The translations under genes and the position numbers were made by a program. The notes beneath the pieces were generated by a model. It did not search any database. It was not told where the DNA came from and saw only the letters and a program-made list of their open reading frames with translations. Positions 11,601-22,520 of a stretch of 64,000 nucleotides of DNA are shown in pieces (the stretch's first letter is position 1; each line of letters starts with the position of its first letter). The stretch comes from Takakia lepidozioides (Eukaryota > Plantae > Bryophyta). Location: contig CM060731.1 of NCBI GenBank assembly GCA_030704615.1, positions 20,274,001 to 20,338,000 of the forward strand. Reading direction: 5' to 3'.

Positions 11601-13650
11601 TCACTCCTCATCACCTGAGTCATAGGTGTACTCGTCCGAGGAATGCAAGCTATACTGGGCCTCCAATTTGGAGGATGATGAGGCTGAGTCCGAGATTACA
11701 TCATCCTTTGAACAACCCCCTACTACTGGCTCTCCCCCATCCGGCCGAGCCACTGAACTGCCCATCCCCACCCCTACAGACGCACTATCCTCCGTCAATT
11801 GTGGCGTCTTGGCCATTGAGGCTACAAGGGCCTTCCACCCCTGAGTCTTGCAAAAGTTGTGCTCGATGGCGGAGAGAGGCCGATTTGAAACTTTTTTTTC
11901 TGCACATGACATACAAATGCAATGATAGGTCAGATTTCATAATGGAAGGGAGAAACTAAAAAAGAAGAATGGGTATGATAAGAGAAAGAACACTTATGAA
12001 TCGGGTGACAAAAATCTTGCTTCCGCCGGGGCCCCACTTGTGTGTTGATTCCGCACGCTTCTCGAGGCGGGCTGCAGTTGCCGCACGTCCCCTTGCGAAG
12101 ATCTCTGCCTTCAGCTCTTTCCTCTCCCCTGCAATGAGAACCTCCCAAGATTCCTGTCCAGCCCCAACAAAGACACTATAAATGTAAATGAACTCCATAC
12201 CACAATGAACATGCATTCAAAGACGTCAATGACAAGTGAAGTGCGTCTTGGTTATTCCATGTGGCATGGTCGTTGGTTTGACCCCCGCCTTGAGTGCCTT
12301 GCCAATAGTTTGTCGCGCATGGTACCTCTTGTCCTTGAGGTTCTTTCCCACCAGCTCCAAGAGCTTCCCCTCATTCCACTCACCCGGAAATGTGCCCTCA
12401 AGTGCTTGCACGAATGCTCGCCTATGGCGATGTGATTGGCGTGGCCAATCAATATGCCAAGAGAACCACCTCGCCACCAAGTCGAAGGCTATTTTTTTCA
12501 TGGCCTCCCAATACTCACCAATGGGGTCACCGACCTTATTGGTCTCTAAGGGGGGCACCATCATCTTTGGCAAATCAAGGTTGCGGGGACTGGAGGTCTT
12601 TACCTCGTCCACGCTCTTCTGAACTACCTCTCCCTTGTCTTTTGTTGCCCCGTTAATGCCCTCCACCGGCTGCACGCTCATCTGAACTAGCTCCCCCTTG
12701 TCTTTTGTTCCCCCACTAGTGCCCTCCCCCGATTGCACCTTTCTCCTTCTACGCCTCTTTCTCTTACGCTCCCTCTCCTGGGCTTGTCCTTTCCGCTTCC
12801 CCTCCACTACTTCCCTACCCTCCTTGATGATTAGGGGAACCTCGGGGACACGACGTCTTTTCCTCTTCCTTTTACCATCCCCACAGGTAGGCACCACCAC
12901 TGTCCCTGCTTTGTCGGTGGCAATCCCACTGCTTGCCACAAGCTTAGCCACGAATGCGCCAAGCTTCTGAACACAAAACCCACAAAATTAGAAACAAACC
13001 AGAAACAAAATGAAAGGCAGATGAAAGAAAAAAATGTGAAGGAAAGAGGCTCACCTTTGCGTCCATGACCTCAATGTTGCCCTTGGTCCCTGCTTGTGGT
13101 GCACCCCCCATAACGCCCTCTCGGAATAAGGGTGGAAGCCTATCCCATGCACCCAATAGGCTCGCAGGTGGCGCCCCAAAGTCCAGGGTCTTCTTCATTG
13201 ACCGTTCAGGCGACGGACTTCGCAAGGGGCCCTCCAAAGTCAGTGTCACCCTGGTCTCTTCTTCCCCCTCCCTTTCCCGTGCCCCCTTATTTCCCTCTTC
13301 CATCTTCTTATCTTCCTCCCTCTTCCTTTTCTCCTCCTTCCATCTCATTGCGGCCTCCTTTGAAACCTCCCTCTTCTCCCAAGGTGAGGAGGAACCCACC
13401 CCCTTCTGAGCCCCCCCTCAACCTTCGAGGGCGTGGAGGCCTCGACGGCCTTATGGCTTGGTCCTCTCACATAGCCGCCTATAGGGCTGGTGAGTTTGGA
13501 CCAAGTGGACCGTGTCACACGGCCGTCAATGACGGGATCGTTGTCAGGCTTCCCTACCTTAGCAGCAGGCGATTTCTGCTCCTTCGCTGGCGCCTTCTCC
13601 TTGTCCTTCGATAGCCCCTTCTCCTTGTCCTCGCCATACTACTAGCTTAT
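11601..13650 (-). pseudogene. Second, mudrB-position gene of the MULE; spliced, K/R-rich, C-terminal half reminiscent of Ptta/En/Spm (Transposase_24) proteins
   Basis: In-frame GT-AG intron 13054-12967 (MDAK|KLGAFVAK). NLS-like KRKRKRRR. WFSWHIDWPRQ..GKNLKDKRYHAR..SWEVLI..HKWGPGG. Some splice sites and frames appear broken. Confidence 0.6.
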
Positions 13651-14320
13651 CCCTGCGCCCACAACACTACTACCGTGTGATTTCACATGCCAAAAACAAA
13701 CAAGGCCCGACCCTCCCCCTTCCCCTCTCTCCCTCTCCCTCTATCTTTATGTCCTTCTCCATCTCCCCCTTTCTCTCTCTGCTGATAAGCAAAAAATGAA
13801 AAGAGGGGGGTGGGGGTAAGTGTTGAGAGCACCAGCACTTGCTGCTGCTGTCAGCCCCCCACCATTCCGAAAGGCAAAAAAAAAAATGTAGGGGGGACTG
13901 AGAGCAGCAGCAGCAAGTACTTGCTGCTGCAGCTCTCAGCGCCCCCCACCATTGCCAAAACCAAAAAATGAAAGGTCGGGGGGGCTAAGACCAACAGTAG
14001 CAAGCTGCTCTCAGCACCCCCCACCATTCCAAAAACAAAGAACGAAAAGGTGGGGGGGGGGAAGTGACTGAGCAGCAGCAGCTGCTGAGTCACTCCCCCC
14101 CCCAACCTTCTTTTTTATTTTTCTTCCCTCATCTCTCCCTCTGTCTCCCTCTGTCCCATCAGGATGTGGAGAGAGAGGGACTGTTGAGGAGGAAGAAAAA
14201 AAAAACGGTGGGGGGGTGGGGAAGTGACTGGAGCAGCTCCCCCCCACCTCAACAGTCCCTCTCTCTCCCTCTCTCCCTCGCTGCCTCTGTCCCTCTGTCC
14301 CTCTCTCTCCCTCTTAATCG

Positions 14321-15390
14321 AGCCGCGGGGGAGCGGAACAGGGGAGCAGAGATACAGGGGAGCGGAGGAGGTGAGCGGGGAGCGAAACAGGGGAGCGCAG
14401 GCACCGGGGAGCAGAGCGCGCGGGGGGAGCAGAGACACAGGGGAGCGGAGGAGGTGAGCGGGGAGTGAAACAGGGGAGCGCAGGCACAGGGGAGCGGAGA
14501 GCGCCGTGAGGGAAGGAAACAGGGGAGCAGACATGCAAGGGAGCGGAAAGCTCCACGGGGGCCGAGGATACAAGGGAGCAGCGAAAGAGAGTCGCGGAGG
14601 CACCAGGGAGCGAGGAGCGCCGCGGGAGAGCAGAACAAGGGAGCAGAGATACAGGGGAGCGCAGGCACAGGGGAGCGGAGAGCGCCGTGAGGGAGCGAAA
14701 CAGGGGACCAAATATATAGGGGAGCGTAAAGCTCCGTGCGGGGGGGTTGTTACAAGGGAGCAGCAAAACAGGGTCGCGGGAGCTCTAGGGATCGGGGAGC
14801 GCCGCGGGGGAGCGAAACAGGGGAGCAGACATACAGGGGGGAGCTCCGCGTGAGGGGGGGCCGAAACAGGGGAGTGGAGGCACAGGGGGGCGGAGGAGGG
14901 GAGGAGCGAAACAGGGGAGCAAATATAGAGGGGAGTGAAGGAGGGGAGTGGAGATACATGGGAACAAAGGAGGGGAGCGGGGAGCTCTGCGGGAGGGGGG
15001 GCCGAAACAGGGGAGCGCAGGCACAAGGGGGTGGAGCGCGCGGGGGGAGCCAAGCAGGGGAGCAGAGACACAGGGGAGCAGAGGCAGAGGGGAGCGGAGA
15101 ACGCCGCAAGGGGGCAAAACAGGGGAGCGGAGAAACAGGGGAGCAGGGAGCGAAGCAGGCTCCGCGGAGGCACAGGGGAGCGGAGGGCTGGCGGGATGGC
15201 GGGCGGGCAGGTCGGGGGGTCCAGGCTAGGTGGGCAGGTGGGGGCGTGGGGGCCCGGGCGGGGCGGGGCGGCCCGTGTGGGCCCGGGGGTGGGGATTTGG
15301 CAGGCGGGCTCCGGCAGCGCGCCCGCGGCGAGGGTGATCAACGGTCCCACACGCGCGCAATCAACTCCCATCCTATGTCTAGTGTAAACC
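14321..15390. repeat. Right long TIR with subterminal ggggagc array
   Basis: Inverted copy of 7519-8201 with additional units. Confidence 0.9.
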
Positions 15391-16519
15391 CACCCAGACC
15401 AGTCGGAAGCTGTTCTCTTAAAAACCTGTGTAAATGTGAGTACCTTCTTGTCCGAAAATCCCATTTCACAAATTTCACATTTTTCACGGAGGAGCGGTGG
15501 AATATCATATTCCAGCATTTGCCCCGGGCAGAATTTGCCTCAGCTATATTTCAAAGACAGGTGTGAGAATTTACTTGGAAATAAATGTTTGGAGAATTAG
15601 TCTCACCATAAAAAGAAAAAGACAGGTAAACCTCCTGTCACCACTCAAATCCAAGAAAACTCTTCACCTCTTACACACACCTCATGAGTGACATCACATT
15701 GTGTAAAGGTACGAAATGCCTTCACATCAAAGAGGAGCCACAGGACCGGATCTGTGTGACAGATGCCGAAGGAAGCATGTGCTTTTAGCATTCTTGGTAT
15801 GAAGAGTTCAAACAGTGACACTTGAACTGGGTGGTTGTGGAGACGTACAAGTTTTTGACGGCAGGCTAGAATCCAAGAATGTCCCATATGTGTACCCTTT
15901 TTTGTTTGGTAGCTGCGGCTAGTATCGCAGGTCTCAGCTTATCAGATCATCTTGCCACTGCTTCCAATCACAGCTGTAACTCTAATCCTGCATAAAAGCG
16001 GGTCTCCAAACACCAAACACCAAACATGAATTGTTCTTTTCGCGCCTACAGTCTCACTGGGTAGCATGGCATTGCTTCAGCCATCCATATCATTGATAGA
16101 AATCTTCTGAACTACTTTTAAAGAGACATTTCAGTGGAATTTGAGTGGATTGCCACATACATGACTTGCACTGGATTGCTGCTCGGGCCACTTGTAAAGT
16201 CAAAAGTGAAAGCATTGGGAAAGAGGGGTCAACATCAACTGAGGCATCTATTTGATTAGCACAGATTCTACCTACTCCTTTACAGGAGATGCCTTATAAT
16301 TCTGTGATAAACTACCCTGATATTTACAAAGCTCATCACTGCGGTGGTTCGATAAATAGTATCAGCCCAATTAGTACATTTTCCTCCCCAATTGGATGGA
16401 GACATGTGCCATAATAAAAAGCAAAGTACCTCAGCTTTCAAGAAAGGAGCTATCCACAAACTTCAGAACTTGGAATACTGTAGTTAGCCCAGGCTAAAGA
16501 TGTGACTGCTCAAATCACA

Positions 16520-19500
16520 TCACGTGAAGGATAGGTGATTGTTGTTGGCCAGGAAGCCTGAGTTGCGAAGGGATGGAACACGTGGCTGCCACAACTTCCA
16601 TAGCCGATCATGGCTAGCAGTCACCAAGAAGTCCGCTGTGGGAGACCACGCCACATCAAATACGTGATCACTGTGTGAACTGCCAGCACACATCTCGACA
16701 TTAGGCCCTGAATGCTCTTGATTAGCTGAAAAAGAGGAAGACTAGGGAGGAGGAACACAGGGACACAGCCAAGCACGTAAGAATCACAAAGGGGCAGAAG
16801 AAAACACCAGAGGTCCAGGGAAAGATGGGGCCAACATATCTACCACTCCCCCAGACTCTAGCCAAGGCTTGGTTATTTAGGACTACCGTCCCCCTTGACA
16901 GCCTGCCAAGGACTAGAAACTAACAAAAAAGGGAAGAAATGAGAAGAGAATGTACTCATAAGATGTTGTTTGCCGTAGCCTAATGAGAAGAGAAACAGAA
17001 ATCGAGAGAGGCCGGGAGTCACTCACAGCCCTGACACTGTGACACATGAATTTGGCAAAGATGGGTTGAATTATGGAAGACCAACCTCAGGATATGGATG
17101 CACTGGAAAGTGGAGGTGTCAAATAGGCGAACAGTTGTATCCCCAGAAGTGGTGGCCAGCAGCCTGCCAAATGGCGAAAACATCACACGCTTCACCTCCC
17201 CTGAATGCTCTTGCAGCACTGCCAAAGGGGCGGCCATGCGAAGATCCCAAACCCGGCATGTTTTGTCATCACTGCCAGTTGCTAAAAGTATCCCAGAATC
17301 ATCAATATCTACACCTATCACATCCTCTAAGTGGCCCCTTAGCGTCTGTACATCTACTCCTGACCGTGGGTCCCACAGTTTTGCAGTGAAGTCAAAGGAT
17401 GCCGTAGCCACCAAATGGCCCCCGTGCGGCTGAAAGCAAACTCCATACACCCCGTGGCGATGACCCTGTGAAACCAGAGTGGAATGAGATGGTGAGAAGT
17501 TATTTAAGAAATTGTGGAGCGTGATCCCATTGACTGCTCAAGTACACATACAGAGCCTAGATTAAGTTCAGAAATAAGCACCCTTGGGTGCTGAATGACC
17601 TCAATTCATCCTTTGGACAATTGTACTATTGAGCCCCTAGATGTCGGGTATCGCACAGAGGCTTTGTGATCTAACAAACTCAATGTGCCCCAAAACAGAA
17701 CTTCCCATCCATTGCTCTCTTAGACCATGAGGAAATATGAGGTGTGAAACCAATAAGTTGCCAGCCTCAAACCTACCCACCAGTGACCACTATGTCATGA
17801 CATTTCCAGTAGTAGTATACGATGTGCATAACTTAATGGCACAGACAGCTCGTATTCAGTGTGTAAAACAGCACAATTCAAGGACATCGAGATCATAGTT
17901 GGCTTCCCCAGTCTACAAAGGCCCTCAAATCTCAGAAAGTTAAGTGCAGGAACTAGTTAAAAAATTTCCTCTCAAGTACCACAGTTGTAGGGTCTGGTGG
18001 TTTCTCAGCCACAGAGCCAAACGCATAAGGTTCTGAGAGCCTCTACGATGGTGGCTCTGGTACAGAAACAGGAATGCTGAAAAAGGAAATTTCAAACACA
18101 TCCACGGCTGTGTACATCATAGACTAGATACCCACAAAATGAAATTCCTCAATGAAAAGCACCTTTAGGGTTGTCACGGAAATGCCCTTCTCAGCATCCC
18201 AAATCATGCTGGTTGTGTCATCTGATGCTGTTGCTAGCAAATGAGTTCCTTGTTTAAACGACAACCCGTTCACCTGCTTTCCATGACCACCCCATAAATT
18301 CCCACGCACTCCTATCAACATAGTTGAACTATCACATTGTTTTAAATAATCTTAGATCCCAAACATATGTAGAAACCTTCAGTAAGGCCACAGATGGTTC
18401 TTAACAACCAACTGATACTGACACAAATAATCACTTAAATAAATCCAGAGCACCAGGAGTACTACCACATGGGCTACAGCACATGTCCACTCTGTAGCTG
18501 TTCTAGCTTCAGTTCTGAATTGATCTTCATCACATCACTTGCAGACAACATGGAGCTGTTGAGAGAGACATAACGCACATGAGCTACTCTGACGGGGAAA
18601 AATATTAATACCATGGGTCTGCCTAACAAAAGAACTCTGTAAGAAGCAATATGTGGTCAGGGCGTAACCTCGTCTGTGTGACCTTCGAGGACACGGAGAC
18701 ATTCACCAGTATCTGTATTCCAGAGGCGGCATGTCTGATCGGAACTAACTGTCCCTACTAAGTCACGCTTTGCAGGCGAGAATTGAACAGCATAAAGTCC
18801 CAATAAATGGCCTGCAAGCACTGCCACCTCTTCTTCTAAATGAACATCATAAACTCGACATAGATGGTCCCATGACGCAGTAGCCACCAGATTTCCGGAA
18901 GGATTTACTGCTATTCCATGGACCGGGCCTGAATGCATCGAGAAAGTGTGTGCAAGCTCCCACTTAGGTGCCCCAAGGCGCTCCTCAACTTTAGCTGGAG
19001 GCCTCATGGGGTGTCTGGAAGGGCTATATGGAGTCTCTGTGGCACCAAAGCCAAGTTCTGAAAGACACATGTTGGAGAGGTAACATGGAGGAAAGCTATT
19101 GCCCTCAACCTCCTTGTCAAATCCCTGGGGGCTACTTTCAGGAAGGTAACCAGTCTCACGCATCTCCCGCTTTCGATCCCAGTGTGGATCAATCGAGTTT
19201 GAACGCAGCGCCCTGGATCGCGAGCCCAACGCCTGCTTAATTGCGGTATTCTCATCAGTTAAGGATTGCACCTGCGCAAGAAGCTCTTGCTTTGCTTTCT
19301 CAAGGCAGGCAACTTGCATTTTAAGTCTTGCTCGATCCACCATCACTTGCTGCCACCGCTCTGCCACTTTCCCTAGCACATATTTCACCTGTTGTTGCAC
19401 AGTTCAAAAACTGTTTACACCAATATAACTATTAATCCAACTGGTAGGCAAAAATCTTGCTAGCTCAAATGTACGTAGAAGGTCTACACACAACCAACAC

Positions 19501-20636
19501 AGAAACCCGCTATGGCAAATGTCTTTTCAGACCCCTCAAGGCAAGAAACCCGTTGGAAAAACCCTCCAGCTCCAAGTGAAACAACCCAACTACTGCCGCC
19601 ATCAACCTGATTGGGGAGTGGCCTGCTTACAGATTTAGTGGGAAGACAGACATCGAGTGGTAGTTATATACACTTGTAAATCAGCCATGGGTGTGACTTG
19701 TCAAATCGTCAAGTGGCCCACCTGGCAGGTATACCCTATAGTTGTATGGGTAAATTCTTCTTGGTATACACTACAGCCAGCTGACAGGGCTGGTTTGATA
19801 TCCAAATAACCACTCTATAAGACAAGCCAGATAGTGCAATGTGACAGTAACCCTACTGCAGAGCTTGCTGTTTGGTGGAATTTCTGAACCTAGTGCAATT
19901 ACACTACAAAGGAGGCATCAGAATGAGGCCGCCAACCACAGTCAGAGCATGCAGCACTCTGCTGCTGCTTCTGAGTAAACCAATGAACGAACTAGCAATT
20001 GAAAGTCTTTCAGTGGCCCTGGTACACCTGGTACAGGTACAACCCTCCTGTAATTACTCCCCAGAAATCCACCCAAAAAGACAATTTTCCACCCCTATAA
20101 TTTGAGAAACCAAAATGCTCATCTCCCATGGATTCTGGACACAAGTACGAAGACCCCACCAAGGCACTCACCTGCACATCCTCATTGTCACAGCCACGGC
20201 GCTGTAGGCATTCAGTGACTCGGCCCCTTTCCCCACTTGACGCAGATCCCTCCCCACCATTCTTTCCCCCAGAGGACTCGCCTCCACCATTTTGTTCTCC
20301 TCCACCCTCCACACCGCCATTTGAAGCTGCTCCGCTTCCCTTGGCTGTGTCTACCTGTCCTTCCTCGCTCAGCCCAGACCCCAATGCATCCCCTCCTCCC
20401 TCATTACATTCATCATCAAAGCCCAGAGAGGGTGATTGCAGGCCCGCATCATGGTCAAAGAGCGCAATTAGGGCAGAAGGCCCAGGAACCGCGGTTCGAC
20501 ATACTGGGCAAGCCGCTTCAGTGCGAAACCAGATAGTGGCACAAGCATGGCAGAAAACGTGACCACATGCGGTAATCCGCGCTTGTGTACCCTGCCCGGA
20601 AGCACTCTCAAAGCAGATCTTGCATGTCAGGCCCAT
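16520..20636 (-). CDS. RING-HC + coiled-coil + WD40 protein (putative E3 ubiquitin ligase), 5 coding exons
   Basis: Exons 20636-20172, 19388-18669, 18273-18163, 17465-17086, 16679-16520, all GT-AG and phase-consistent. RING CKIC..CGHVFCHAC..CPVC. About 7 WD40 repeats (GH..ATAS.D...WD). Confidence 0.92.
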
Positions 20637-21379
20637 GCTAGAACCTGGTCATGAGGAAGCTGCCATCAGTTACTCACCTCGCCAAAACAGCAACTGAAGA
20701 AGCTGCATCTGTCGGATGTTTCTCAGTACCATGATATCAGAGTACTTGTCTCTCCGCCGCTTGTCTCAAAGCAGAGATTGCAATCCAATGCGTCTCAACC
20801 CGCCCAGTCGTAGGTAAGATGTCGAAGATAATATGGGTATAATACTCTATGATTGTTATTGCCGCCGCCAATGATGCTTCAAGTCCAATGTAGCCTGATG
20901 CAGCTCTGAGCCCTCGATAGCTCATTCCTCCCTCTACCCAACAACGCCTTGCTTCAGAATTCATAACATGAAATCCCATACAGCAAAGAGATCCCCCTGG
21001 ACCCTGAGCAACAGAAAAATCACCCAACTCGGAATCTTAGTGTACACCTGCCCGTTGCTTTTCAAAACAATGAGATCACACATGGCAAAGGAATCTTCCT
21101 CTTATCATCACCAACAGATATTTCCGACTAACCTAATCACAGCAAGCCGACAGAGAATCGATACAATTGCAACACTGCCTCTGGTCCCTAGGAACGGACA
21201 AACAGGAAGTTCCCATTCTCATCCAGGCCACATGGCGTTTCTGCACTAATCCATTTCCTGTCTAAAACTTGGTTGAGCGTCACTAAATGAAGACTGAAGT
21301 CACTCCTCCGTCACCCATCGTTTACTACATTTGGAGTTCAGAGGAACATTATCCAGTCTGCATTCAGAGAGTGGAAAAT

Positions 21380-22150
21380 GGATAACACTCGAACAAGGTA
21401 GCCGGATCTGTCATCCAACGGTCTCAAAAGTAACACCAGTGGACTGCTGGTCGAAGAGAGTATCATTGGGTTATTCCCCTCATTTCTCGGATCCTCTCAT
21501 TGCTGGAATTGGGTCCGGATTGTTTCCAGAAGAGTGCAATAACAGTATTCGGGGATGCACGCTGTTGGCAAGGTGCAACTCAATGTAAGCAGTAATTGCA
21601 TGTTGTATTTGGATTCAGGTTCGGATGCGAGGTCACTCCGTCCACGCATCTCAGAGGTATTTTCTTGAGAGTTTGAATTTGTGTTGTTTTAGTATGAAAA
21701 CATGTGTTCAGGGAGCTGCCCCTTTCTTCCTCGTTACACGGGAAAAAGGGTGAATGTTCGCGTTTTTAGGAGAGGTATGCGTTGATACGGCAGGGTGCTC
21801 TTTGTGGCTGGATGGCATTCAGCAATCTAGCAGACAGTTCGAACGCTCCAGGCTTTGGAAATGATAGCGCAAAAGCTGGAGTTAAGGGGAAATTTGCGTG
21901 GCTTGATCCAGATCAAATGTTGAGCTTATTTTGCCAGTGTACATCAGCTTTTGCAGAGGTTTTGCAGCAAGTTTTACTTAGCATGTGCCAGAAAGAAGAT
22001 CCAAAACCGAATTTTCCAGAATAAAATTGAATGGAGTTAGCATGATCAAAGTCTAGCATTTATAAATCTAGTGTCAGAGTGTGGCTGATAAAGGGAGGGA
22101 TGGATTGAATGCTTGCTAGGGATGGTTATAGTATGGGATCCCCTTAGCTG
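21380..22150 (+). repeat. Copy A of an inverted segmental duplication (upstream region of PPR1)
   Basis: Reverse-complement similarity to 30772-31660, for example ggggatgcacgctgttggcaaggtgcaactcaatgtaagcagtaattgcatgttgtatttggattcagg. Confidence 0.92.
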
Positions 22151-22520
22151 ATGGTCAGGCATACAAACAATTTTTTGGACCGCCAGTTACATTAATGACA
22201 GTTTACCTCTTCATGTGAGAAAGCAGCAAATTGGTTCTTACTGTTTCTATGAGTTGGTTTTCGGAAAGTAGCTTGTCTAAGGTTGCTCCCTGTTCTTGGT
22301 GATTGCAGTTACGCCTATGCTTGGCCAGCTAGGGCCTCACTTGCCTCCCGTCGTCAAAGATAGGGGGGCCCCTCGGAAATGTGGCCGCCACCTGCTGCCC
22401 GGCTGCTGTAATTCACAATGAAGCCCAAGGTCATCAGACTTCAGACATAAGCGCACCAAAAAAGTCCTTTGGATTTAGGATTGTTTGAATCCTCCTTGAG
22501 TGAAAGGAGAGTCAGCCGCC

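Larger units (their letters stand above)
7519..15390. mobile_element. Mutator-like element (MULE), complete ends, internally rearranged
   Basis: TIRs ggtttacactagacataggatgggagttga... and ...tcaactcccatcctatgtctagtgtaaacc. Perfect 9-bp TSD cacccagac at 7510-7518 and 15391-15399. Contains a MULE transposase. Confidence 0.97.
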
